Below are positions 13,401 to 25,153 of a stretch of DNA of 64,000 nt, piece after piece (the first letter of the stretch is position 1; every line of letters begins with the position of its first letter). Source of the stretch: Selaginella moellendorffii (taxonomy: Eukaryota > Plantae > Lycopodiophyta); NCBI RefSeq assembly GCF_000143415.4, contig NW_003314376.1, forward strand, positions 186,001 to 250,000. Reading direction: 5' to 3'. Both the position numbers and the translations under genes were made by a program. Below the pieces are notes generated by a model. The model ran no database searches. It was not told the DNA's origin and was given only the letters and a program-made list of their open reading frames with translations.

Positions 13401-14011
13401 TTTGACGAGCATTCTTCCACTTGTCCGAGTGGAGTCTGCCGAACAGTTAGGCCGCGTACAAGTGGGACAACAACGGCGATACAACTCCTATTATTGTCCA
13501 CCTACGGAGTACAAAGTGCATGATTTAGTATTAGTCCGTTTTCCCCATCTTACGGTACGTGGTTTATCTAAAGGGCTCCTTGCGCAGTGGAAAGGACTGT
13601 ATCGGGTGTTGTGGCAAGTTCAACCACAAGTTTATGAGGTTTGGCATGAGGTCCAATAGGCCGATCCTCCAGAGATTGTGCATGTGTAGCGGTTGAAACG
13701 CTTCATACAAAGGGATCAAAAGCAGTTAATACCACCTACAGATCCGCCGATGCCTCCTCCTAACGTTTTTCCAGATCCCGGCCCATCTACAAGAGAACCC
13801 TGATAGTCTTTCATTATTCCGAGAGGAGGGGATGATGTGACAGCCAAGTGTACGGTTACGATGCCGTATACTAATATTAGTGTAGTGGGATTTTGGTAGC
13901 TGTCGGATTGGTTTCAATCCGAACCACTCACTCTTGTATATAAGCTAGGGTTTTTTGGGCTAATGGATATGCACATTTCTGTATTCCCTTTCCATATTCC
14001 AAGCACTCACA
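10445..14011 (+). mobile_element. Ty3/gypsy family G element G1, gag deleted, pol decayed
   Basis: LTRs 10445-10618 and 13836-14011 (TG..CA), PBS tggtggaaatg, PPT gagaggaggggatga; protease end (DLILGMDWL), RT, RNase H (NYSTTEKECLA), integrase (ORF 12835-13659); many stops. Confidence 0.95.
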
Positions 14012-14375
14012 ATATATATTTATAAATAAACATTTACTTATAAATTACTCATAAAATAACAAAGGACATTTTTTAAAGTTACACTCAAATGGATTTTATA
14101 GTAATAAATGTATATTCAGTAATAATAAATATAGTGAATTTATTCTGTAAATTAGGTCAGAAGGTAAAACCTCTATTAAATAGGAAATATTGCCACTCAG
14201 ATCTAAATATTATTTAAATTTAAATTTTTTAAAAATACCTGTTTAATAAAAATATTGCCATGAAAACATTAAGAAATTATTCTTTTGTGTACCAGAATAT
14301 TTGAAAATATTTTTAATGACTCCTTTTGCTCTCTCTATTATCAGATCTGTATAGGACTACATTAAGTTGTACATT

Positions 14376-14629
14376 CTTGAGGTCAGTAGGAAGGCATTGA
14401 TTTGCTTGTTACAACTTACAAGTTCCAAAGGCATTAGTTTGGTTTTGGTACAAGATCCAGGCAGGACAACATGCTTGGAATACAGGGAATGGAGAGAGGC
14501 CACCTTGAAACAAAATCCATCACCTAGTAAGCTTTTAATAATTGGTTTCTTTGGATTGATCAAGCATGCCCAATATCTCTATTTTTTTGTTCAGAAAAGC
14601 AAATGCACTTAAATTTTGAAAGAATGTGA
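14376..14629 (+). pseudogene. ORC6: ORC6 3' remnant (last exons) in arm A
   Basis: DPGRTTCLEYREWREA..KQNPSP..LNFERM* homologous to the last exons at 21692-21965. Confidence 0.8.
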
Positions 14630-15108
14630 AGGTGACGTTTCCAATTTTGAACTTTTGTAAGAAAAACAAGTTACTCATTTTAAAAGACTTTTAGCTATAC
14701 AAATATGTAGCTAAATATGTTTACTAGCAAACCAAAATACCAATTAATATTAGTGTTTAGACAATTTGATTGGTACAGAAGACCATACCAGTTGATTTAT
14801 ATTGTGTTGGTTTTACCAATTGCTTTACTCCTCTTGCATAACACTGCAAAGCAAAACACTATCCCTCTTCCTCCTCCTCTTGTGATTACTATTACTATAA
14901 TATGTATTATTATTATAAGCATTAGTAACATTCTTCATGGTTGCCTGCAGATGCAGCTTCTTGGCTATAGGAACTTGCTGGAGATGGTGGGATTTCCAAA
15001 GCTCATCTCTCAAAAGGCTCTTGAAATGCAACAAAAGCTGCCAGAATCTCCAAGGATGAGTATTAGAATGGTGAAGAGAAAAGTTTAGCATTTTTGTTTC
15101 TTTGCTAA

Positions 15109-15139
15109 GGCGAGATAGCTCAGATGGTAGAGCGCTTGC
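15109..15139 (+). pseudogene. Truncated tRNA-Ala 5' half
   Basis: ggcgagatagctcagatggtagagcgcttgc matches the 5' half of the arm-B tRNA-Ala; the rest is deleted. Confidence 0.75.
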
Positions 15140-15611
15140 CATCAAAATATGTTTGATTATTGGATCGTTCCAGGCGTTTTGACCGATTTTACTGGTGTTG
15201 ACCTTTGGGGAGCTATGGATGGATGTTGCACCGTGAGACTGTCAACAGAGCCATGCATAGATATTTATCTTGTGTTTCTTTTTCCCACTTTTTTGCAAAC
15301 GAGTAAAAAAGTTTCGTTCACTGCAAGTACATTAGGATTGAGCCTGGAAAGGAGTTGCCATCAAATTAAAGATGTCTTATCTTTTTGAAATATTGAGCAC
15401 TTCGTGATTGTGAGATTAAATCGCTGTTCACATCTAGGTTTGGGCTCTTTGGCATGCTCAGTTCAAGTCCGACAATCCACAGCGTCACAAGCTCTTGTTT
15501 TTTTCACAAAGCCAAAAGTACCTCTTTATTTTCTATTTTCTAAGTCAAGGGTTAGGTTATAATCTTTCTCGCTTGGATTTTTCTATTGTCGAAGCTCTCG
15601 TCAGGTAAGCT

Positions 15612-16382
15612 ATGGTCTCTCGCGCTCACGCCGCCCCAACGCTTGCCCGCCGAGCTCCAGCGCCCTGGCATGGTGGCCATCACCGAGCTTCACACCCGCG
15701 AGCTCCAGCTCTAGCTCCAGCACATCCACCACACCACCATGGACACCATCCTCGAGGAGCCCACGAGCCAGTGCCAGGTTTAGCTCCAGTTCTTCAAGGT
15801 GACGCTCCAGTTCGAGCCCCAGCACCAGCTGCTTTCGTTCACCCTGCTCGCGGCCACCCTGCTCATCTAGCTCCAGCGCCTGATGCTTGCCACCACGATC
15901 CAGCTCCAGCAGCAGCAGTGTACCATCATCATCACGGTGATGGAGCTCCTCTGGTTGTTCACCACCATCACCATGGTCACCACCATGGTCACCACCATGG
16001 AGGACGCCACAACCACCACCACCACCACCACCACCACCACCATCGTCGCGAGGGTCACGACGCAGCAGTGGCCACACCAACACCCGCAGCAGTAGTTACA
16101 GTGGTTCGGAGGACGCCGTGGTCGCTGCTCCAGCTTCTTCTGTGGGTTTTGGTTGCGATCTTGGTGCTGCTCGCATGCTTTTTGCTCGTGCGATGGATGT
16201 TCTCTCGGAGGAAGCAGCGCAGTAATGCGATCTTTCAGGATCCCGGGTGGCAGATCGAAGTTGTGGTGGACGATTCTCTGACTGAGAAGAAACAGCTGGA
16301 AGCTCACACTCGTGGTTCGCACAGCAATGGCACTCTGGGATTCTCCTCAAAGTGTCCTGCCAACACTGGCAGTGACGCGTAA
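15612..16382 (+). CDS. His/Pro/Ala-rich (AGP-like) protein with one transmembrane helix, copy 1; may be one exon of a larger, possibly decayed gene
   Basis: 256-aa ORF, APAPA motifs, poly-His tracts, hydrophobic LLQLLLWVLVAILVLLACFLLV followed by basic RRKQR; splice donors gtaagc (15605) and gtaagt (~16379) at either end. Confidence 0.6.
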   Translation: MVSRAHAAPTLARRAPAPWHGGHHRASHPRAPALAPAHPPHHHGHHPRGAHEPVPGLAPVLQGDAPVRAPAPAAFVHPARGHPAHLAPAPDACHHDPAPAAAVYHHHHGDGAPLVVHHHHHGHHHGHHHGGRHNHHHHHHHHHHRREGHDAAVATPTPAAVVTVVRRTPWSLLQLLLWVLVAILVLLACFLLVRWMFSRRKQRSNAIFQDPGWQIEVVVDDSLTEKKQLEAHTRGSHSNGTLGFSSKCPANTGSDA

Positions 16383-16939
16383 GTCAGCACAGTGCATGCC
16401 TTGTCACATGGAAGATTGTGTACAAACAATCTTCAAGGAGATGAAGTTGCAGAGCAACAAGACAGCAGGGTCTTGCTCACGGACGGTGAAGATCACATAC
16501 AAGGGTCCACTGGTGGAAGTCACCAGACTTGGAAGTTATTGCGCAGCTGGCTCGGAACATGGACTGGAAAGTAGAGCAGGAACCTACCAAGTTTCGATTT
16601 GACTGAGCTATCCTCTAGAGGTGACGGGGGAGCAGACGTTAGTGCACCTCCAAAGGCCAGAGAAGTTGCTTGAGACGAAAGGTTTGAGAAAAGGTAACGT
16701 ACTACTTTTGCTCTCTGTTCTTGCAGGTGCTCAAATCTCAACTTCGATGAGAAGAAGCAGAGCAGGGCATAGCGGCCAGATAGGTTTCTCCAGAGTCAAG
16801 AGCATCATAAGCCAGGAATCAAGCAAGTGCAAAATTGTGGAAGTATGGTCGAAGTCTACACTGCGGCTTGCAACACAGGTTGTTTGACAGGATGGGACGA
16901 AGAACAGGATAGGTTGGTCTACCTCGCAAATTAACCCAA

Positions 16940-17290
16940 TGCATTCGTCGCAAGCAGCCTCGTGGACATGTTGAAGCATCAGAAGTGTTCAGGAGGACAA
17001 AGAAACACGACGTTGGTTGCCTGGAACACGATCATCATGGGACATGCACGTCTTCTATCAGATGCAACGAGAAGCTGGCCTGCCTCCAAACGCTGAGACT
17101 TTGCATGGAGCAGCAAAACGTCGTTTCCTGGGATTTGCCAAGAACAACCTTTGCTCTTGAGTGCTATGAGCAAGCCGCAGACTTTCATGGTGGCGCTCAA
17201 GGCATGCGGTGACTTAGCAGAGAAGAGGCTCCACTCGCAGATCTGGGAGAGAAATCTGGAGGGAATCCACTACTCAGCGTGGTCGCTCAA
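16940..17290 (+). pseudogene. PLS-class PPR gene remnant (arm A)
   Basis: Frameshifted PPR phrases: SSLVDM, EVF, VAWNTIIMGHA, NVVSW, TFMVALKAC. Confidence 0.7.
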
Positions 17291-19199
17291 TGAGAGAAAA
17301 GCTTTTCTTGGGAGGTTGGTAAACTTTGCAAGGAAAGAGTGTCATGCAAGGTTGATGGAGCCGTCAATTAAAGATGGTACCTGAAAAGACGTGAAAGGAT
17401 CCTAGCTGGCATGATAAAAAATATGAGAGAAAATACTTATCTCTTAATTAATTTGCTGTGAGTAATTTAGTTATAAACTTATTTAAGATTAATATTATAG
17501 TAGAATAAACAAAAATATACTAGAAAGTGTTTATACGGAAGTTTATAAATTATTAAAAAAAAAGATTAATCTAAATGAGCAACCAACTATAAGATATTAA
17601 AATATAATAGAATCTCCAAGCATAATTTAAGTATATTCAATACCACCATAGGTTTGCTGAAGCAACCACTTATGGATCTATAGTGTTTGGTTACTTTAAA
17701 CCTATACAAGTTTATTCACAAACCTATTTACATTATTATATAGAACTTTTTTCCCAAAACTTCTTTGATTAAACCCATATTAAACTTGGGAGTTAAGTTT
17801 CTCCGAGATTTTGTTGTTGATTAGATGTTATGTTTTTCTTTTAACCATGCTCTGTACAAATATATAGCTTCTATAATTATAATTCAAGTTCTTTAAATCT
17901 TTTTTAATTTCATATTAGTAGACGAGAAACAACAAACATATGAACATTACAAATACTTGGTCAAAGGAAGCAAACATAGCATACTCAAAAGCATTATAGT
18001 TGAAAGTAAAAAATAGCCATCAAACAGGAATACCATCATTATGAGTATATAATTCTCAAGTATGGAAGAAATATTATAAATGGGAAGCTTTACAACATCA
18101 TAAACAACTAATTCCCGAGTTGCAATTACATATAAACATTAAAATTCTGAAATCTTTCATCCTTTGCATAGGATGGATCCAAATGTTAAAGTTTGGATTC
18201 ATCATAACGTCTGAACATGAGGTGAAAAAAATAAATATTGGTATTTTATTTGAAACTAAAATAAACTTTATCTATAAATTACACTGAAAACAATATAGGG
18301 CATTTCTTATAATTACACTCAAAGAGAGAGTTAATTTTTCAATAGAAGAAAAACGTGCAACCATCACGAAACTTAAATATTAACGACCTTGTCTAGATCA
18401 GCTGAAAGAAGGCACAAAGAAACTTGCCAAGCATCAGCAAGACAAAAGCACACAATTTACTTTGGACAACTCTCTATCATGAAATCAAATTTAGAAAAAA
18501 GTACTTGAATCATAGTTACAAAGTTGTACATTTGTACAGGACAGAATGTAACATCTAATCTACTTGGAGAAGCTTGAGTCCCAAGTTTTCAAGTTAAGTT
18601 TAAGTGACCAAACACCATAGATATATAATTTCCTATAGAAATAACCATTTGTGAAATATGATCCAGAGCATGATTGTCTCTGATATTTTTATCTTTTGAC
18701 CATGGTGTGCCCCCTAAGATCCTTTCGCCTGTTTTCATCTTTGTTTGGGTTTTGTTGATGGCTCCGTCAATCTTGCATTACACTCTTTCTCCATTTTCCT
18801 CACAAAGTTTACCAACAAGCTCCCGAGATGAGCAACACCTCCTAATACCCTCTCCACAATAAGATTGTATGTCCATTCCCGTCCCTGAAATAACATGTCA
18901 TTGATGAAAAAGTCAAAGAACAAGGTAAGGAGATAAGCTCCAGAGCCTTCACAACTTTTCATGAAACTACCAAGCTTCAGTTTCGCCTTCACAAGAAGGT
19001 ACTTGACTTACGTGATGCTTAGGCCAAGATGGTCGAGCTAGTTAGAAGTCTCTGACTTCAAGCTGTTTTAGCTATAAGATGAAACAAAAAAGCTATGAAC
19101 TAAAAATTATAGTACCTATGAACATCATGCTTTGTAAGGCACTCTCCAGGTACTTCAAATGAGTAGTGCAAGAGGAAGTGCCGGAGTAATACTGAACTT

Positions 19200-19590
19200 G
19201 GGGCAGAAAACTTCTTGAGAGGCAGCCACGTCTCCACACTTCCTATAGAATGTGATGAGTGAGCACGCGAGTAGTGGATTCCGTCCAGATTTCTCTTCCA
19301 GATCTGCGAGTGGAGCCTCTTCGCCTAAGTCGCCCCGTGCCTTGAGCGCCACCACGAAAGTCTGAGCGTTTGGCTGCTGGCTTGCTCATAGCGCTCGAGA
19401 GCAAAGGTTGTTCTCGGTGTATCCCAGGAAAGGATGTTTTGCTCAGCGTGAGGTAGGCCAGCTTCTCGTGCATCCGATAGAAGAAGTGCATGTCCCATGA
19501 TGATCGTGTTCCAGACATGTTTCTTCGTCCTCCCGAACACTTCTGACGCTTCCACATGTCCACGAGGCTGCTTGCGACAAATGCATCAGC
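19200..19590 (-). pseudogene. PLS-class PPR gene remnant (arm B)
   Basis: EASEVF..VWNTIIMGHA, VALKARGDL, LACSLITFYRKCGDVAASQEVF. Confidence 0.7.
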
Positions 19591-21058
19591 TTCGTATTCA
19601 CAATTTGTGAGGCGAGAGTCTTGCTTTCCAGGTAGACCAACCTATCCTGTTCATCGTCCCATCCTGTCGAACAACCTGTGTTGCAAGCCGCAGTGTAGAC
19701 TTCGACCATACTTTCACAATTGCACTTGCTTGATTCCCCGCTTGTGATGCTCTTGACTCTGGAGAAACTTATCTGGCCACTATGCCCTGTACTGCTTCTT
19801 CTCATCAAAGTTGAGATTTGAGCGCCTGCAAGAATAGAGAGCAAAAGTAGTACGTTACATTTTCTCAAACCTTTCGTCTTGAGCAACCTCTCTGGCCTTT
19901 GGAGGTGCACCAACGTCTGCTCCCTTGTCACCTCTAGAGGATAGCTCGTAAATCCTTCATCAAATCGAAACTTGGTAGGTTCTTGCTCTACCTTCCAATC
20001 CATGTTCCGAGCCAGTTGTGTCATAACTTCCAAGTCTGGCAACTTCCACCAGTCAACCCTTGTATGTGATCTCTGGGTGAGATCACCGTCAGTGAGCAAG
20101 AGCCTACTGTCTTCTTGCTCTGCAACTTCATCTCCTTGAAGATTGATTCTACACAATCTTCCCTGTGACAACACATGCACTGTGCTGACTTACGTGTCAC
20201 TGCCAGTGTTGGCAGGACACTTTGCGGAGAATTCCAGTGTACCATTGCTGTGGGAACTACGAGTGTGAGCATCCATCTGTTTCTTCTCAGTCGGAGAATC
20301 GTCCACCACAACTTCCAGATTCGATCTGCCACCTGGGCTCCTGAAAGATCGCATTCCTGCGCTGCTTCCTTTGAGATAACATGCATTGCTCAATCACCAA
20401 ATGCTCTCCACAGTATAGGTATGATATTTCAAAAAGAGAAATGGATATCTTTCCAATCCTAATGTCCTACTTGCAGTGACACGCCACTTTGGATACTTTG
20501 AATAACGAAACTCTTTTTTTCCTCGTTTTTCAACTTAGCACTCATTGAATGTGATCATGGAGACACAAGCCATCAGCGTGCACAAACTACTTCCCTACAG
20601 GAAACTGGGGAAAAGAAACACGAGATAAATATCTATCCATTGCTGTTTTGATAGTCTCACGGTGCCCAACCGAAAGCATGAGACTGATAGATGCAAAAAT
20701 GCAAGTTGGATTATCTTTGTCATGTAGATGGCATCCTTATTGTCTTCACGCTCCTGCCTACCAGTTTTCTTTTTCTCGGCCTGGAGGTCTCTTATTATGG
20801 CTGCCTCTATTGCAGACACAACATATCAAAGTAGTTTCATAATGTCAGAGGCAAAAGCAAAAGAATTAACCCATCTGGGTACTGGAATAAAAGCCAGTTT
20901 GTCACAGACGGTAGAGCAGCAATCCAGTGACCCAACAGTGGAGGGAACTAGCACCATCCGGTTTTACTTCTTCATCGTGGATCCCTAGCTCCTCAAGTGG
21001 TCAACCATAGTCAACACCAGTAAAATCGGTCAAAACGCTTGGAATGATTGAAAATAGT

Positions 21059-21131
21059 TGGAGATGCCGGGTATCGATCCCGGTGCCTCTCGCATGCTAA
21101 GCGAGCGCTCTACGATCTGAGCTACATCCCC
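21059..21131 (-). tRNA. trnA-AGC: tRNA-Ala(AGC), D-loop G18C variant
   Basis: GGGGATGTAGCTCAGATCGTAGAGCGCTCGCTTAGCATGCGAGAGGCACCGGGATCGATACCCGGCATCTCCA, 73 nt cloverleaf with G3:U70; TTTT just downstream. Confidence 0.9.
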
Positions 21132-21691
21132 TTAGAATAGAAACAAAAATGCAAAGCTTTTCTCTTCACCAGTCTAGTACTCATCCTTGGAGATTCTGGC
21201 GTCTTTTGTCACATTTCAAGAGTTTTTTGATTGATTCTATGGAGGAAAATACTCAAGGTCATGAGATCTCATCTTGGCAACGTCTTATTAAGTGCTCCAG
21301 GTTTAAGGCCGAGGGATTTGTGGAGCATACCCCTGAGAATCAAAAGAGATGCGTGTGGAATCCACAGGATGGGTTGCTTGATGCGTACTACAGGGCACTC
21401 CTTGCAAAGCTGGCAACCATGAAGAATGTTACTAATGCTTATAATAATAATACATATAGTAATAGTACAAACAAGAGGAGGAACAAGGCTAGTGAATTAT
21501 TTTGCTTTGCAGTGTTATTCAAGATGGGTAGAAGCAATTGGTAAAACCAAGACAATATAAATCAATTGGTATGATCTTTAGTACCAAATAAATACTAATA
21601 TTATTTGTTATTTTAATTTGCTAGTAAACATATTTAGAAGTTTTTTAAAAATGAGTAACTTTACTTTTTCCTTTTTTACAAAATATCGAAA

Positions 21692-23016
21692 TCACATTCT
21701 TTCGAAGTTTAAGCGCGTTTGCTTTCGGTCTCTGACAGCCCCTGAACAAACGAACGGAGAAATCGGGCACGCTTGATCAATCCAAAGAAACTAATCACTA
21801 AAAGCTTACCAGGTGATGGATTTTGTTTCGAGGATGACAAAACGGCTCTTTCCATTCCTCGTATTCTAGGCATGTTGTCCTGCCTGGATCCTGCATGCAA
21901 ACCAAACTAATGTCTTTAGAACCTGGAAGTTGCAACAAGCAGATCGACGCCTTCCTACTGACCTCGAGATTCGTGGCATCCGACAGAGCTGCAGAAGAAA
22001 TGCTCGCACTGTGAGATCAGGCCTTGCAGAAAAAATATCGAGTTCTTTGCATACCTCTCTTGCATTCTCTAGTTCTTGATTCGGATTTCTCTTTCTCAAC
22101 ACCGACCAAATCGAAGCAGATATCTGTCATAGACGCGGCAACCTGTAGAAAAATAAAATCTAGAATCGGCAATACAATTGCTCGTTGGAGCTTACGTTGG
22201 AAAACTCAGGGTCCGACGTGCTAGACACCTCCATCAATTTAGCTTTGTCAACTTAAAACCGTGAAAAAAAGCATTGGAAACTGCTTGCCTTTTGCTTTCT
22301 CGCGCATAAATAAAACGCGACGCTGGTGAATACAGGGCGATCGAAATCAGCGCTTCGACGTCGTGCTTCTGGTAAAGTGGCCAAAACTCGCTCTTTGTAT
22401 CTGGAGCAAAACGTAGAGAGAGCCCGTAAAGAAATAAACTAAAAGGAAAGAGGAAGCTCTTACGCTGCCAAGACTCTCTGGACTGCTTGTATGAGTCTCA
22501 CGCATCCAAATGCACAGCGAGCTCGCGCACATTCAAGCTTGTCCTGAGGAAAAAAATGTTATTCCCACATTTTTCTTCCATCTCTTTTCTTCCTGGCTTT
22601 GAAGAAATACCTGATATCAAGAGCATTCTGGACTGTGGTGAGTGATCTATTGTAAGCCTTATCAGAAAGACCACTCAGCTTGATTCCCTTTTGCCGATCA
22701 AATGGAACTTGCATCCTGTCCGAGAAGAAAAGAAAGAAATAAACTCCACCCGCAAAGAAATGCAGATCTGGATACTTACATCGAGCACGCGATGTCGAAA
22801 CAGAGCACGGATCGGCAGACATCGCCCTGGAATAACACACAAGAGCATTGGATACCCTCAAGTCACAGGCGGAAAGAAAGAAGCAAGCACACTCACAATG
22901 CCAAATGCTGCCGCATCAAATTCCATACGGAAGAGGCGCAGCAGCTCCTCCGCCTTGCGCAGCACTTCGCGATCGGCCGCCATTCCCAGCCGCCGCTCCA
23001 GCGCCTTCATCTCCAT
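21692..23016 (-). pseudogene. ORC6: Origin recognition complex subunit 6, copy 1 (disrupted)
   Basis: Multi-exon; MEMKALERRLG..., FDRQKGIKLSGLSDKAYNRS, ADFDRPVFT match plant ORC6; 1-bp deletion near 22510 and ~31-bp deletion near 22254 removing a splice acceptor; retains TGA at 21692-21694. Confidence 0.9.
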
Positions 23017-23046
23017 GGCGCGCGAAGAACCTCGCGTTTGGAAATA

Positions 23047-23054
23047 GGCGGGAA
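23047..23054 (-). promoter_or_regulatory. E2F-type site (TTCCCGCC) ~30 bp upstream of the ORC6 ATG
   Basis: ggcgggaa on +; plant ORC genes are established E2F targets. Confidence 0.55.
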
Positions 23055-23324
23055 GATAACGAGTTAACCTAAACCGCGAGGGTTAGAGATAAACGAACAT
23101 TAATGGTCAACTATAGCGTTGTAGCCCCAATTTTATTTGGAACGATGGATGGATCATACAAAACTTTTTAAGATTGTAGAAAGCTGGAGGGAATACAATG
23201 ACGACGAGAGTCCTTCATTTCTCGCAGTGAAGAACACAATCAAAAAAAGGAGATGGCCGAGTAGATCATATCTTGTTGAATGCAACAATGTCACAGCTTA
23301 GGATGTACTCTGCCACCGGGCCCT

Positions 23325-25152
23325 CATCAATCAAGAAGTATGTCACTTGAGGCTGCTAATACTGCTCCGTTGGATCTAACTTTTGGTGTTGTGGGGTGTG
23401 ATCATATTGGTATTGTGCCCATCCTTGATGTGTTGTTTGTTGGTCTCCAGCTTTTGTGGGATGTGATTATACGGTTTATGTTGTTCTCAATGTTCTACCA
23501 TCTTTTATTGACGTGGAGTGTGATCATGATATTGATTAGTGAGCTATGGATGATGCAATTTAATTCTTGGAGAATGTTTGAGGATTAAGTTTGTGGAAAA
23601 ACAATGTGTATGAACTCGGGTGGATTCCAAAGTGTGATGATGAGCTTGATTATTATAGAGATAGTTTTGGAGATGAAGTGGAGGTTTCGTGAAGTAAGTG
23701 TCAATATTTCAATATGTTATTTAATCCTTTTTCGTTCCCTTCTACTCTTTCCCAATTATTTTTTTATTTTTCAGCCTGAGCCACCTTCTCAAGTTCTTAG
23801 TATTTCTTCTTCATTTGTAGTGTTTTCTTCTTTTGGCACGTCGATCATTTATAACTCTTATGATTCTAATTCTCAATCAGTGTTGAGTTGAGTGTTTTCT
23901 ATCCTCCTCATACTAATCTGGATATTGAATGTATCCATGAAGTTGAGAATCTTGCTTTTATTTTGTTGGTAAAGTCTTTAGTTAGTTCTGGTATTGAGTA
24001 TTTTACTTGTTCCAAGGTTAAGTCACTTTGGCCAGAGTTTTGGGTTGAATGCATGTCCCCATTTGTGAGTGTCATTGAGAGCCTTTGCTTTACTATTGCT
24101 CATGAAGAGTTTATATATTCTCTTGAGAGTGTGAATGTTGTTATTGATTTTCCTATATCAGGTGTTAAATTGTGTGTTGAGAAAGTTGAGTAGTGTGAAT
24201 CTTTTGCTTATATTGTGGCTGAAATATTTTACAAAAGGAAATCCCCTATTGACCAAGCTTTAAGCATATATTCTTTTGATTTTCCATTTTTGCATTGCCA
24301 ATTGTTGCAAATTCTTCTTCCAATGCGTCTTTATCTACTTTTTCTTCCTCCACAATTGTTTTTCTTCAATTTTTCTTTCTGTTTTCTCCTTTCTGCCTTG
24401 ACACTTCAAACTTTTTTTTCTTTAGAGGAGGGAGTAGAGGGGACAGATGGGAGTCTGGCCCCAATGATGGAGTGAGGACGAACGAATATAATAATGGAGC
24501 GAGGACGAATGATATGGATTGTGGAGTGAGGATGACCATAACGAGTTTGAATGAAACATTCAACCCCGATATAATGAGGTAGAATAGATGCGATAGTGGA
24601 GTGAGGCCGGACATAAATGGTGAAGTGAGGACAAGCACATAAGTCCAAAAGGAGCTAGTGTTTCAAAACCATTTTTTCTTCGAGGAGGGGATAAGGAGAA
24701 TGTGAAAGACGAACGGAGTGAGTCTGACCTCCTCAGTGCAAAGTTATGGTTGCGTGGTTGCATAAAGAGTTGCAACTGATTCATCAAGGTTCTATAGTGG
24801 GCTAATGATTATGCCATGGCTTTAGATTTTATTTCAGTCATGATTATCATCAACTTTATTGGTGGTTTTGTGGGAGTTTTAGATTCTTGTGGTAATTTAT
24901 AATTGCCCAACATAAACTCAAGATGTTCCACCTGACTTATCATTATCACCTTCTCATCTTCCAAAAGGAGGATGGTGTAAAGTTTGTAAATACATATAAT
25001 ACATATATGTAAATATATGTATTACCCTAGCTAGGTAATACACTAATTATAGACTGTCCATTTGGGACTAAATCTGATCCATCCATTCTTGTATATAAGT
25101 AGGGGCTTAAACTTTAATTAATATACCTTTTCCTTTATTCTGAGCACTCACA
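23325..25152 (+). mobile_element. Non-autonomous LTR family C, 5'-truncated copy
   Basis: PPT aaaaggaggatgg, 3' LTR 24976-25152 (tgtaaag...cactcaca); internal region shared with 46990-48539 and 59193-59690. Confidence 0.8.
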
Positions 25153-25153
25153 A

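Larger units (their letters stand above)
14376..21965. repeat. Large diverged inverted duplication: arm A (+, ~14376-17900) and arm B (-, ~18480-21965)
   Basis: ORC6 3' end, tRNA-Ala, downstream exons, PPR remnant and AT-rich segment occur in mirrored order and opposite orientation; repeated at ~51203-58130. Confidence 0.85.

Noticed and set aside
14717-15088. 123-aa hydrophobic ORF repeated in every arm A, and the opposite-strand 131-aa ORF at 21149-21544
   Set aside because: Recurs only because the block is duplicated; lies in AT-rich DNA between the ORC6 stop and the tRNA, and the frame is not conserved between arms
15610-16350. Antisense and alternative-frame ORFs over the His-rich gene (poly-G, poly-V, poly-T)
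   Set aside because: Shadows of the CAC-rich, GC-rich coding strand; only the + frame gives a coherent ectodomain-TM-basic topology
20800-21058. Possible tRNA-snoRNA dicistron downstream of tRNA-Ala
   Set aside because: A TTTT terminator follows the tRNA and no convincing C box (RTGATGA) with terminal stem is visible; the region looks more like decayed exons
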